Below are positions 36,776 through 48,078 of a stretch of DNA of 64,000 nucleotides, piece by piece. The stretch spans positions 1 through 64,000 of IMG/VR virus record IMGVR_UViG_3300036818_000105. The stretch is one strand, 5' to 3'. The stretch is from a virus. The stretch's first letter is position 1, and each line of letters starts with the position of its first letter. The position numbers and the translations under genes are program-made. Under the pieces are notes generated by a model, which saw nothing but the letters and a program-made list of their open reading frames with translations, had not been told where the DNA came from and searched no databases.

Positions 36776-37360
36776 ATGAGCAACCCAGACATTCAGTATT
36801 TCGGCAGTTCCGGCACGTGGGTAAAGCCCCCGAACGCCGTCCGCGTTGACGTGGTGCTCAAGGGCGGCGACGGCGCCGCCCCCGGCACCGTGCCGGGCGG
36901 AGGCGGCGACCCGCTCTCGGGCCCTGCGTTTACAGGCACCGGAACCCTTAACGGCAGCACGGGCGGTGGGGGCGGCGGCGGTACGGCCGTGTATCCCGCT
37001 GCCCGGGGAGGCTCCGGGCCGCGCGTCAGCGTGGTCTGCAGCCCGAGCCCGGCCGCGTCTCCCGTAGGAATCCTAGGCTCGCTGAGCGTGGATTCTTACG
37101 ACGCCGATGACTTTCCCGCCGAGCTTCACGTCGAGGTCGGCAAGGGCGGCAGGCCCGGAGGCCGGGACGGGTACGCGCTGATCGTCACTCACCTGGCCTC
37201 GCCTAGCCTGCCGTCAGTTCCGCCGCATGACCTGATGCTTCACGCCCACTCCCGCGACCACCCGGACGACGGGGAGCCGCACGAGCACCTTCACGCCGGG
37301 CCCGGTCACATGGGACTTGAGCACGTCCACCCGCACCGGCATGCCTCGGGAGAGCAGTGA
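36776..37360 (+). CDS. glycine-rich domain protein with His-rich tail
   Basis: IQYF.SSGTWVKP..V.V...GG.G..V.VG.GG..DGY.LIVT; AGGAGG SD. Confidence 0.75.
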   Translation: MSNPDIQYFGSSGTWVKPPNAVRVDVVLKGGDGAAPGTVPGGGGDPLSGPAFTGTGTLNGSTGGGGGGGTAVYPAARGGSGPRVSVVCSPSPAASPVGILGSLSVDSYDADDFPAELHVEVGKGGRPGGRDGYALIVTHLASPSLPSVPPHDLMLHAHSRDHPDDGEPHEHLHAGPGHMGLEHVHPHRHASGEQ

Positions 37361-38853
37361 TGAATGACGTCACTAACCAGATCACGGCTCACCTGATGGA
37401 CGCCGCCAAGCTGGCGATCGAGGCAGGCGGCAACTACACCGGGAAGTACGCGATCATCGCCCAGGCGACGGTTGACTCTGACGGGTCGATCATTCTCACC
37501 TGGGAGCGGTACGGCCCGAACGGGATGGACAGCGGAGGCGGCCAGGGATGAGCACGGAGCACCAGATCACCAAGCGCGCCGCTGACGGCACCCTGACCAT
37601 CGCCGAGCTGCGGGAGTTCATTGACGAGTTCGAGAAGGCCGCCGACGCGGCGTTCGCGTCACCAGCCGACGGGACGGCAGCGATCCCAGACTGGTGGGGG
37701 CTCAAGCCGAAGGCCCGGATAGCGTTCGGCGGCGGGATCAAGTCGATAAGCGTCACCATCCCCGGAGAGGCGGAGTAGCGGTGAGCGCAGGCCTTTACCT
37801 TGGATTGGTCGGCATGGTCATCTGCGCTGTCGCGGCGGCCGGAAGCGCATGGGGGGCGGTACGGGAGATCCGGGGTTGCCCGGGCGGGGCGGCGCTGATT
37901 GCCGCCTGCCTGGCGCTTGCAGTAGTCGGGGTCGCAGCCGTGGTCTCGGGCATGCTCGTGGCGATGGGAGAGGTGCGATGAGTGTCACCATCCCCGGAGG
38001 GGGCGATAAGCAGTGAGCGACGTTCAGGACCGCATCGAGCGGACGCGCGCCGTCCGCCGCACCACTGTTCTCGTTGTCGCCCTGAGTGCCGTTGCCCTCG
38101 TCGTGAACCTCACGGAGGGATCGGCCGGGGTAGCGGCGGTGGCGGCGGTTGCGATCACCTTCCTCCTGGTGCTGATGGCCATCCAGACGCGCCAGATCGG
38201 GGCCTTGCGGCGGCGGGAGCGGGAGCTTAACCGCCCGCGCATGACCCCCGGGGACTACCGGCGGCTACGGGAGATGGAGACCGAGCTCGGCTGGGAGCCG
38301 AGCGAGCCGCCCCCCGGGGCTGAACTTCCGCCGGCGGCCGTCCCGGGGCGGATAACCGCCGTGGCGGGGCCGCTGCCGGGGGTGGCTGCCCTGTGCGGCT
38401 CCGGCAGCCTGTCCGCCCCGATGACGGGACCGGGCGGTCGCTGGCGCCCGCTCAGTGAACTGCCCAAGGCCAAGGCGGCCGAGCACTTCGCGCAACTGGC
38501 CAGGGTAGGCCGGGAGTCCTGCATCTCGTACTGTCCGGTCTGCGAGCGGCGAGGCCGGGACCAGGCAACGGCCGAGGGCATCCCGGCCGCGCCGCCGGTC
38601 GAGAAGATGTGCCGGGAGCTTGAGGACCAGCGGCGGCTTGAGGAAGATCGGTGGGAGCAGCAATGAGGATCGGCTGGCATGTTCACCTGCTCGGCCCCCT
38701 CGACCTGGGCGGCACCGTGTGGCGGTCGAAGCCGCGCCGTAAGCGGCGGCAGGTGTACCACGGGACACTGACAGGCTGGCGTTGCCAGCACAACCACAGC
38801 CGGATGGACCTCGCGGTTGAGTGCGCCCGGCGCGAGGCACGGAGGAGGGCGCG

Positions 38854-39369
38854 GTGAGCGAGTGGTGGTACCCGACCAGGGACCTGCACGCTCTGCTGCG
38901 GGACGCACCCGACGATGCCCTGGTCGCCGGCTGGGACAAGGATTTTACCGACAGCGAGCACATGGCCTACGCGCCGGACCTTGACGGCCTGCGGAAGCTC
39001 GCGGCGGAACTCAACATCTCCTGCCAGGGTGACATCAACCCGGATTACCTGGAAAGCCAGGTGCTCCACGAGCACGAGCACGCCGAGGCGGCGCAGGCGG
39101 CCGGGTTCGCGAAGGTCCGCTACGGGCTGTATGCCCGGCGCGAGCGGGAAGGTTTGCCCGGCGGCGGTTACAGCGTCACAACGCACTGGCAGACGAGGAT
39201 CGAGCACGCTGCCCCGTCGGGGCCGGTGACGAAACTGGCTTACGCGGGGATCCTGATCGCTCCCTGCCGCCTGTCGCCGAGTGACGAGAAGGGGCTGCGG
39301 GTGATGGGCTACCGGGACGCGGAAGACGTACGAGAGCGCCTGAGCAGACTCAAGGGAGCACGGCGATGA
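38854..39369 (+). CDS. possible zincin-like protein
   Basis: VLHEHEHAEAA HExxH motif. Confidence 0.45.
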   Translation: MSEWWYPTRDLHALLRDAPDDALVAGWDKDFTDSEHMAYAPDLDGLRKLAAELNISCQGDINPDYLESQVLHEHEHAEAAQAAGFAKVRYGLYARREREGLPGGGYSVTTHWQTRIEHAAPSGPVTKLAYAGILIAPCRLSPSDEKGLRVMGYRDAEDVRERLSRLKGARR

Positions 39370-40612
39370 GCGAGAGTAACTACGGGCAGGTCACTGGCCA
39401 TGCGGTGACCGGCGGCGTCACGATCGGTGAAGGCACCGAACTGGGCACGGCGTACCTCGGCGTACCCCCGCACGACATGATGAGCGAGGAAGACTGCCTC
39501 CGGTACGGCGGCCACTGCTTCGAGGGCACCGGCGAGGTGAAGGCATCGATCCCGCCGCAGTACGTGCAGAAGTGCAGGCACTGCGGCAAGGGGCGGGTGG
39601 CCGTACCGCGTGAGCCGTTCGAGTACCGGGACTGGCCGCTGAAGGGAGCGGGGCAGTGAGGGTCCTCATCGAGAAGGACGTCGAGCTGTACCCGGAGACG
39701 GTGCTGCTGTTCGGGGACAGTGAGATCGTGTTCCCGTCGGTGCCGAGGAACTGGGAGAAGAAAGCAGGCACCGAGGTGCCTGATGACGTGGCCGCACGGT
39801 GGAAGACTGCCCGTGACGCGTGGCGGCGCGCGCAGCAGGAGGCAGAGGCATGGCCCGCTCCCGTGAGCGAGGAGGCACCGTGACCGTTCAGCGGTACCGG
39901 CGCAAGCCGGTGCAGGAAGACCGTGAGGACCAGTTCGCGGCCCGGTATGAACCGGGAAGGCCGCTCGACGACCTCGCCGAGGTCGCGCGCATGGCTGACG
40001 GCGACGCCGTGCTCACAGAAGTCAGCTACCGCAGCGGTCTCTTTCGTAACCTCGCGGGACCGTACCTGGTCGTGCTGTACTCGCGCGTTCCCGACGAGCA
40101 CGCGGCCGAGGTGACCGCTCAGCTGGTGAAGCCGGGCGATTACCTCGCCTACAGCTCCGGAAACGAGTTCCTGTACGAGTCAGACGAGGCCGGCTGGCGG
40201 CAGTTCTACGACCTGGTGACCGGAGAGGACGGCGGCCGGTGAAGCCGGTAATGATCCACGCGGACGGCACCGACTGCCTCCATGAGGGGACGGCGCAGGC
40301 GACGGTGGCCGACGAGGGCGGCCCGGTCTGCGCGGGCGGCCAGCCGGTCACCCGCGTCCGCTTCAACGGCCAGGTGCTCACCGTCGAGGAGGCATGCCAG
40401 GCCCTCAAGAACATCGCCGACGTCTTCGCCAAGCAGCTGACCCCGGCGATTACCTCTCTCGCCAGCCTGGCCAGCCAGATCGGCGCGGCCATGGAGCCGG
40501 CGATCCGCGCGCTCGCCGCCGCAGCGCAAGTAGTTGACGAGGAACGGCAGGCGGACGACGACGACGAGGAACCGTGGTCCACCCCGTTCACGATGACGTT
40601 CGGGGAGACGCC

Positions 40613-41149
40613 GTGAGCGGGGACCTGACTGCCCGCGTAGCCGGGCTGGCCGCCGCGATTGAGGCCGGCCTTGCCGAGGACGAGGCCGCAGCGAAGGCGT
40701 GGGAGCGCGCACCGTGGCCTGAGCCCGGCGAGAGCGCGATGCACTGGCGCCCGGTCGGCAAGCGCTGCGTCCGCTACGACAACGGCCGGGACGAGCCCTT
40801 GCAGGCGATCGACGTGAGCGGCCGGGTGGCCCTGTACGCCGAGGCGATCTGGGTTAAGTGGGACGCCACGGGCGAACGGGCCGTCCACGTCGCCCGCAAC
40901 GACCCCGCTCGCGCTCTCCGGCACGTTAAGGCCACCCGTGACCTCGTTGCCGAGATCCTCGCTGAGCGGCACGACTACAACGTCGGGGACGAGTTCTACT
41001 CCTGCTCGCAGGCGGTTGAGTACGGTACGGACGGCGAGCCGGGATCGGGCTGCTCCGACCAGGAGCGGGCGGGCAAGCCCTGCGACTGCGGACGGGACGA
41101 GAGGGTAGCCCGGATGCTCGGCATCATCGCTACTGAATGGGGAGAGTGA
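40613..41149 (+). CDS. DUF6221-like protein
   Basis: LAEDEAAA..HVARNDPARALRHVKATRDLV. Confidence 0.7.
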   Translation: MSGDLTARVAGLAAAIEAGLAEDEAAAKAWERAPWPEPGESAMHWRPVGKRCVRYDNGRDEPLQAIDVSGRVALYAEAIWVKWDATGERAVHVARNDPARALRHVKATRDLVAEILAERHDYNVGDEFYSCSQAVEYGTDGEPGSGCSDQERAGKPCDCGRDERVARMLGIIATEWGE

Positions 41150-41404
41150 AAGGCGACCGTGGACTTCAACGACGACAGCTTTACGAGGCTGGTCGGCGGG
41201 GCGGTAAAGCTCGCCTGCCCGTTCGCGGACGAGGTCACCACCTACTCCGGGACAGGCTTCGTCACCCTTGACAGCGGGCAGGTGTTCCGCTTCGAGGTCA
41301 GGGAGGTGACCCCGGAGGACGCGGCCGGCGAGTCCGCCGCGTGGCCCGAGGATTCCGAAGCGCCCCCGGGTAATTCCGGGCCGGCCTTGGACGACGACCT
41401 CAGG

Positions 41405-41629
41405 ACGCCGTGGCAGGCTGACCGCGACAAGGCCGAGCGAGCCGGCAAGTGGCCGGAGTCGTGGGGGCCGTTCCACCGTCACTTCGCCAGTGACGCGGTC
41501 CACCGGGACGGGGGCCCCGAGTGCGACCAGCCGGGGACGCCGCGCCGGGTCTACCTGTTCGACCCCGATTACCTCCGCGAGCACGAGATAGCGGTTGCCC
41601 GGTACGCCATCGCCCACCCGGAGGAGTTC
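41405..41629 (+). repeat. ~225-bp near-identical inverted repeat, copy 1 (partner 51287-51511)
   Basis: Both copies encode TPW.ADRDKAERAGKWPESWGPFHRHFASDAVHRDGGPECDQPGTPRRVY.. Confidence 0.92.
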
Positions 41630-44600
41630 ATGCCTGAAGGAGGCACCGATGCGACGTGATCCCTTCACCTGGCCCCGCGAGGAGTGCCCGGTAGAGTCCG
41701 CTTCCCTGGTGCTGCGCCTGAAGGACGGCCGCAGGGTCGAGTACGCGGTCAGCGAGCCCGACGCGGCCCGCCTGCTGTGCGACTACGCGCCCGGCCGCTA
41801 CCCGGGCGACGACGACATCCTGTACGGGAACCTTCCGATCGTGCCCGACCCGCGCGTTACCGAGCCCCGCCCGCCGCTCCAGTTCACGGTGACGTTCGGG
41901 TTCCGGCTCATGAGGCGGGATGAGTTCCTGCGGGTCGCGGAGACGCCAGCCGAGGAGGCGGCCCGTGATCAGGGTTGAAGTCACGAACGAGCCCGACGTA
42001 ACCCGCATGGTGGCCGCGTTCACGACCCTGCCGGTACTGCTGGACTCCGACTACGAGGTGTTCCTTGCTGGCGGGTTCGGCCCCGGCGGGAATGCGGCGA
42101 TGCTCCGGGCGTGGCGCAGGGACGGCCAGCGAGGCGGCAGCGGCGGGAGCGCGGGCATCATCCACCACGGGCCGGGCGCGCTCGGGGGATTCGACGGCAT
42201 GGGCGGCGGGGGCGGAACTGGCGGCGGCGGCCGGGTAGAGATGCACAACCACGGACTCGCCGGACCCTGCCTGCCGGGATGCCCGAGCTATGCGGCAAGG
42301 GAGTCGTGATGGGCCACCAGGTCATTAAGCAGCCGGACGGCCTGTACGCGATCTTCTCCAGCTTCTCGGATACCTGGATCGTCTACGACGCCCCCCGGCA
42401 GGAAGTCATCGACTACTACGCCGAGAAGGCCGCGAGGGAGGCGCGAGAGAGTACCGCCCGGTTGCTGGACGACGTGGACGAGAACCCCCGCAAGGCGTAC
42501 TGCCAGTTCGCCATGACCTTCGCCGAGGCCAACGCCAAGAGCAAGGCGCACGGCGGCGAGGTACTTGACGGGCCGGTCGACGCGGAGCTGCTGGCCGAGA
42601 TGACGGCCGCGTGGGGCGACGCGGAGGACGATGGCGATGGCTGAGCCGTGGTACTGCGAGGCGTACGGCCCGCGCGCCCCGAAGGCGGAGACGCTCTGCT
42701 TCATCGCGCCCGGCCCGGTCCCCCGCGCCTGCGCCTCACCGGAGACGTGCCGCGAGACGATGGCCGCCGAGCGGCAGCGGGTATGGCGGCGGATCAACGA
42801 GATGGCGGCCAGCGGCGACCCGGACGGGGAGTTCCTCGCCGGAGAGTTCACTGACCCGGCGCAGATCCTGGGCGGCGGTGACGATGGACAGGCGTAAGCC
42901 TGGCTGCCAGGGCGCTAGCTACGGCACCGACTACTCGGCGGCACCGCACGGCGCGCACGAGTTCCTCGCGTCGCGGTACGCGGAGCCGGGCGAGTGCTAC
43001 GGCTGGACTCAGCAGGAAGGGGACGCCAGCACCCTCGCCGACCGGCTCGACCAGGTGGCCCGCGACAACGCACGGCCGCTGAAGATGCCGCCTGGTATCC
43101 GCCTGGAGTGCCACCCGCTGGTGGTTCACGTCCTGCAGCAGCTGTTCGTCCCGTCATACGGCGAGTTCACCGCTAGCCTGAGCACGGGCGAGGACATGAT
43201 GAAGCCGCAGATCCCGGTCGTGGTCACGGCGGGGATGGGGCGCGGGCAGTGGCGGATCACTGCCGATGACGGGCTCATCGCAGAGGGAGCGGTGCGCGAT
43301 GGCTGATTCCCTGGAAGAGACTAAGCGGTACATCGCCGAGTACGAGGCCCGCGAGCGCGCCCTCCGCGACTGGACGGCACGAAGCCAGGACACCCCGCTC
43401 GGCCGCGTCGCAGCCCTCATCCTCGCCGAGGACGACGAGGCCGCGAACCTGTCGGGCGGCCAGGGACCCGAGTACTACTCGGGACTGGCGTTCGCACTCG
43501 GCGCGATCACGGACGAGGTGCTAGGCGATGGCTGACGAGGACGACCCGCTAGCGGGCTTCAACCCGGACGAGGCACTCGGCCAGATGCGGGAGCTGGCAG
43601 GCGGCGAGGACAACGCGAACGAGGTAGTCAGGCTGTTCACGCGGGTGAAGGTGCGGGCGAAGGCGGAAGAACTCTGGCAGCGCGCCGAGGCTGACCCGGA
43701 GTTCGCCGCCGAGCTAGGCGAGGAACTCGCGTCCCTCCGTGAGTCCGGGCCGTATATCACCTACCCCGGCGGCATGAGCAAGCCGGAGAAGTGCGAGGTG
43801 TGCGGCACCCTGGTTATCGTCGTTCCTGAGGTGCCCGCCAGCGCCCGCACCGAGCCGGAGCCTGCGCTGTGGGAGTCCGGGCAGTGGCGCAAGCACACCC
43901 CGCGCCGCTGCAAGGCGATGCGGAGGGAGACATGATGGCCGAGATGACACAGAAGTTCTACCTCCTGGTCTGCCGGGAGTGCGGCAACGGCGACCTCGTG
44001 ATGCCCTTCGGCAGCGCAGAAGAACGCGGCAAGTGGGCCGGGGGGCACACGAGAGGCACCGGGCATGACCGCTGGTTCGTCACCGAGTCGGACCACCGGC
44101 TGTCCGGCCAGGAGGTAGCCGGGATGCTGGCCCGCGCCGGCGAGGCGCTGCGGGAACTCGCCCTGCCGGAGGATCCCCGGCTCGCCGAACTCCGCCACCT
44201 CGCCGCCGACCTGGTTGAGCTGCACGCGGCGGGCGCGCTGGCGGGAGTCCGGGCGGTCGTCGCCGAGCGGCTGCGTCAGGTACGCGGAGAACCCGCTGAG
44301 GGCATCGACGGAAGGGCGTACCAGGCCGCCATGCTGGCCGGGGAGATCGACCGGGAAGGAACCACGTGACCGCCTTCGCCCGGTGGAGCATCGCGGCCAC
44401 GCACCGCCTCCACGGCCTCACCGAGGGCCCGTGCACGCCGCACACGGCCCGCTACGACCTCGCCGGGGGCGGAACCGCGATCGTTACCCTGGAACTTCCC
44501 CTCGGCCCTCCTGCGTCGGCCGGGAGGACCGTGATGATGCTGCCCGCGCCTCCCGCCGGAAGCCTCGTCGAGCACGTGGCCCTGTTCGCCGAGGACGGGA

Positions 44601-45867
44601 CCGAGTTGATCGAGATCCGGTGCGACCCGCCGGAGGCCGCCGGTGACAGCGGGACGTGGCAGGTTGCCGTCGCGGCCCCGGACCTGGACGAAGGCGCGGT
44701 CGCCGAGGCCCCTGAGGATGTCCGGCTGGTCATCGGCGACCGGGAGTACCCGTGCGACGTGCTGCGCGACCCGGAACAGGACAGCGACGGCTGCGCGGCA
44801 TGGGTCGTGGTGCCCCGCGAGGCGCTCCCGCCTCTCGGAGACGGCGCGTGCGTGCGCGCCGCGGTGCTCCCGGCCAGAACACTGCTGGTCCTCGACCTTG
44901 GGCTGACGACGTGACCGCCTCTGAGCCCGAGTACGACTACCCGCGCACCGGCAGCGGCCCGCTCTGCGCCGCCGAGGAGAGCGGGTACCTGGACAGCACC
45001 GACGTGTTCTGCCCGTTCCTGCCGGGCCCGGACTACAGGTGCACATCGGGATGCCCGACGAACCGGGAACGGGTCTGCATCAACGGACTGGACGGTGAAT
45101 GAACGCATGGCCCTTGCAGTGACATCCGACGGCCGCCGGTACGCCGCGCCCGGCTTCAACCATGAGGCGCACGACCGCTGGGTACTGGCGGGGAACTGCC
45201 CTGTCATCAGCGTGGCGAAGTCGTGGTGCGACAAGAAGGCCGGGCATGACGGCCGCCACGGGTCGCCTCTCGTGCTTCCGCCGGGACCTGGCGAGGTACC
45301 AGGGGGCGCGCTGCTGCCGGGCAAGCCTGAACCCGGCATGCGGCCGTCCCCCGTCCGCTACGTCGAATGGGACTGGTGATGGCGCACGAGATCGTGATCC
45401 GCCTTGGCCGCCCGTTCGGCGTGCAGACGGACCACGGCGCGTTCCTCGCTGGCGTCCGCGAGATAACGATCCCGTTCGCCGACCGGGAGTCCGCTGAGGC
45501 CGCCCAGCGCGAGGTCGGGGTGTTCGTCCGGGAGGTGCACGACGCTGGCGGGGAGGACTACCTGCCTGTAGTAGCGGGCGAGGTGGTGCCGGAAGATTTC
45601 GAGCGGGTGCTCAGGGAGCAGGCGGGGCAGATGCGCGCCTCGATCCTCGCACCCAAGCCCGACCTCGGCGACGTGCGCGGCGACCTGGCCCGCGACATGC
45701 GCGACCTGCGGGAGCTGGACGAGATCAACGCGATCATCCCGCTTCCCGCCCGCTGCCCCGCCTGCGGGATACGCGACGACGTGCCGATGGACAGTTCCCC
45801 GCTGCCGGAGACTGACGACGAGGCCCGCAGTTACTGCACTACCTGCGGAAGGCGGGTGGACTGACGG

Positions 45868-46101
45868 CTACGAGCCGCCCATCTTCGGTCCGCAGGCGAT
45901 GCCCGCATTGGCCCACATGACCGCGGCGCGGACGTGCCTGAGCGCCTCGTCCCGCTCTACGCCCTCGGGCACCTCGTCAACGATCAGCTCGGCTAGCTCC
46001 CGTCCGCCCTTGCGGATCTCCTGGTAGACCGCCACCTCGCCCGGCCCTGACGGCGGGTGGTGCGTGAACCAGTTCTCTAGCTGCTGGCCCTGCTCTGACA
46101 T
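45868..46101 (-). CDS. Acb2/Tad1-like hairpin protein (candidate anti-defence sponge)
   Basis: NWFTHHPP..YQEIR..RELAELI..P.G.ER..AL....AVMWANAGIA. Confidence 0.7.
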   Translation of the reverse strand: MSEQGQQLENWFTHHPPSGPGEVAVYQEIRKGGRELAELIVDEVPEGVERDEALRHVRAAVMWANAGIACGPKMGGS

Positions 46102-46193
46102 CGCGCCTCGCCCTCCTGGCCTGATTACCCACTTGCGGTCAATTCTGAAGGCGGTGATCGGCCCGTACCGGACCTCAGCCATCCCGCCTCCCT

Positions 46194-46230
46194 CGTGCAC
46201 GTGCAGGCATCTCGTGCATTGGCACGTGCA
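46194..46230 (+). promoter_or_regulatory. TGCACGTGCA triplet box upstream of the terminase operon
   Basis: CGTGCA at 46200, 46213, 46225. Confidence 0.65.
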
Positions 46231-46248
46231 TGCGGCATCATAGGGGAC

Positions 46249-46701
46249 ATGGCCACCTCCCGTCCCGGCACGCGCGCCGACCTTACCCGTGTCGCGATCT
46301 TCGGATCGGTAGACGGCCTCGGCCTGTACCTCGGCATCGTCGCCGGCCTGATCGTCGCCCGCCAGCAGCCGTCAGCCGTCTGGGTCGCCGCAGTGTCCGG
46401 CGGAACCGCCGAGCTCATCAGCATGGCCAACGCGCAGCGCCTCAGTGACCGCAAGTCAGGCGTCACGGCCGCCCTCGTCGTCGGGGCCGCGTCGTTCGCC
46501 GGGTGCGTCGCCCCTGCCGTCCCGTACGCGGCATGGCGGGGCGAGTGGGCGCTCGCGGCCTCCCTCGCCCTCGCCGCCGCCGTCGCGGGGGTCATCAGCT
46601 GGCTCCGGCCCGAGCGCGGGGTCCTGGCCGTCGCGGAAACCTATGCGCTGCTCACCGTGACCGCCGTCGCGTGCGGGCTGATCGGGCTGTGGCTGCGGTG
46701 A
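46249..46701 (+). CDS. VIT1/CCC1-family membrane protein
   Basis: IFGSVDGL..AELISMA...LS..AAL..G.ASFAG..P.VPY. Confidence 0.75.
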   Translation: MATSRPGTRADLTRVAIFGSVDGLGLYLGIVAGLIVARQQPSAVWVAAVSGGTAELISMANAQRLSDRKSGVTAALVVGAASFAGCVAPAVPYAAWRGEWALAASLALAAAVAGVISWLRPERGVLAVAETYALLTVTAVACGLIGLWLR

Positions 46702-46711
46702 GGCGGCGGCG

Positions 46712-47164
46712 ATGGTGAAGCACGGCGGCCACCTGTGGGCAAGGCACCCCGCGGTCCGCAGCGGCAGCGACCTCAGCACCGGGGAACGGGCGGCGGACGG
46801 CCTCAAGGCAATCTTCGGGACCTGGACCCTCCTGTTCGCCATCATCATCGGCATCATCTTGTGGATCACCCTGGTCACCGACCCCGGCGAGCTCCGCCTG
46901 AACCTCGGCCTGTCGTTCCTCGCCAGCGTCCAGGGGGTGATCCTCCAGATCGCCGCCAACCGCGGTGACCGGATCGCCGGGGAAGTCGCCCTGCACACCG
47001 CGGGCAACACGGACGCCCTGAAGCAGCAGAGCGGGGAGATCCTGACCCTGCAGAAGCAGCAGATGGACCTGCTGTCCGGCATCGAGCACGCCAACTCCGA
47101 GCTCGCCCTCATCCGCCAGGCCGTCGCCGCGCGCCCGCAGTCACCCGAAGGAGGCGGCACGTGA
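46712..47164 (+). CDS. DUF1003-family membrane protein
   Basis: TGERAAD...FGTW..LNL.LS.LASVQ..IL.IAANR. Confidence 0.8.
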   Translation: MVKHGGHLWARHPAVRSGSDLSTGERAADGLKAIFGTWTLLFAIIIGIILWITLVTDPGELRLNLGLSFLASVQGVILQIAANRGDRIAGEVALHTAGNTDALKQQSGEILTLQKQQMDLLSGIEHANSELALIRQAVAARPQSPEGGGT

Positions 47165-47439
47165 GCCGCACACGAGACCAGCTAACCCGCCTCGAGGCAT
47201 CCGTCGCCCGCCTCGAGGAGGCCCTCGCCGGACACGCCACCCACCTCCGCGAGCAGGCCGCCGCGACCCGCATCGAGGTCAAGAACGCCGGGGCATCCGC
47301 TGACGCCGCCCACGCCGGGGTCCAGGCCCTCGCAGACATGCTCCCCGTCCCCGTCCCGGTCGACCCGGTGACAGGCGGGCCGGCCGTGCAGCCGCCCGCT
47401 GCCCGGCGCGCGGTCAAGCCGCCGAAAGAGCAGGCGTAG
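47161..47439 (+). CDS. hypothetical coiled-coil protein
   Basis: Coupled ORF. Confidence 0.6.
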   Translation: MSRTRDQLTRLEASVARLEEALAGHATHLREQAAATRIEVKNAGASADAAHAGVQALADMLPVPVPVDPVTGGPAVQPPAARRAVKPPKEQA

Positions 47440-47484
47440 GTGCGCGGGCCCGGCGCCGAGATCACAACCTGACCAGGAAAACCC

Positions 47485-48078
47485 ATGACCACGCAAACAC
47501 CCCGCAGCCGCGGCGGCAACGGCAAGTTCACCCGCGCCGCCGAGAGCCGCAAGCGCGACTGCCGTGCCGCCGAGCTCCACGGGCAGGGCTGGTCCTACCA
47601 GCGGATCGCCGACGAGCTCGGGTTCGCGTCCAAGGGCCACGCGCACAACGGCGTGATGCGCGCCTACGCCGACATGTGCACCGAGGAGGCGGGGCAGGCC
47701 CGGCAGGCCGACCTTGACCGCATCGACCGGCTCATCGAGCAGGCGTGGCAGGTGATGCTGACCCCGCACCTGACCGTGAACAACGGCAAGGTCATCCGCC
47801 ACTTCGCGGGCTTCGAGCGCGACGAGGACGGCATCGAGCGCCTCGACATGGACGGCAAGCCGATCCCGGTCTTCGTGGACGTGCTCGACGACGGCCCGAG
47901 GCTCGCCGCGGTCGGCGTCATCAAGGGGCTGCTCGAGCGCCGGGCGAGGATCTTCGGCTACGACGCCCCCGCCAAGTCCCGCGTCGAGGTGATCACGGCC
48001 GACATGGTCGAGTCGCAGATCGCCGACCTCGAGTCCCAACTGGCCCGCAATGACCCCGCTGGTCCAGGCACCCCCTGA
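47485..48078 (+). CDS. terS: terminase small subunit
   Basis: HTH GWSYQRIADELGF, DDGPRLAAV, RRARIFGYDAP; overlaps the terL start. Confidence 0.8.
   Translation: MTTQTPRSRGGNGKFTRAAESRKRDCRAAELHGQGWSYQRIADELGFASKGHAHNGVMRAYADMCTEEAGQARQADLDRIDRLIEQAWQVMLTPHLTVNNGKVIRHFAGFERDEDGIERLDMDGKPIPVFVDVLDDGPRLAAVGVIKGLLERRARIFGYDAPAKSRVEVITADMVESQIADLESQLARNDPAGPGTP

Larger units (their letters stand above)
37357..45864 (+). other. array of about 24 translationally coupled small hypothetical genes
   Basis: 37357-37551, 37548-37778, 37781-37981, 38013-38666, 38663-38857, 38854-39369, 39366-39659, 39656-39883, 39880-40242, 40239-40616, 40613-41149, 41159-41659, 41649-41978, 41965-42309, 42309-42644, 42637-42897, 42884-43306, 43299-43535, 43528-43935, 43932-44369, 44366-44914, 44911-45102, 45095-45379, 45379-45864; mostly overlapping start/stop junctions. 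Confidence 0.75.
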
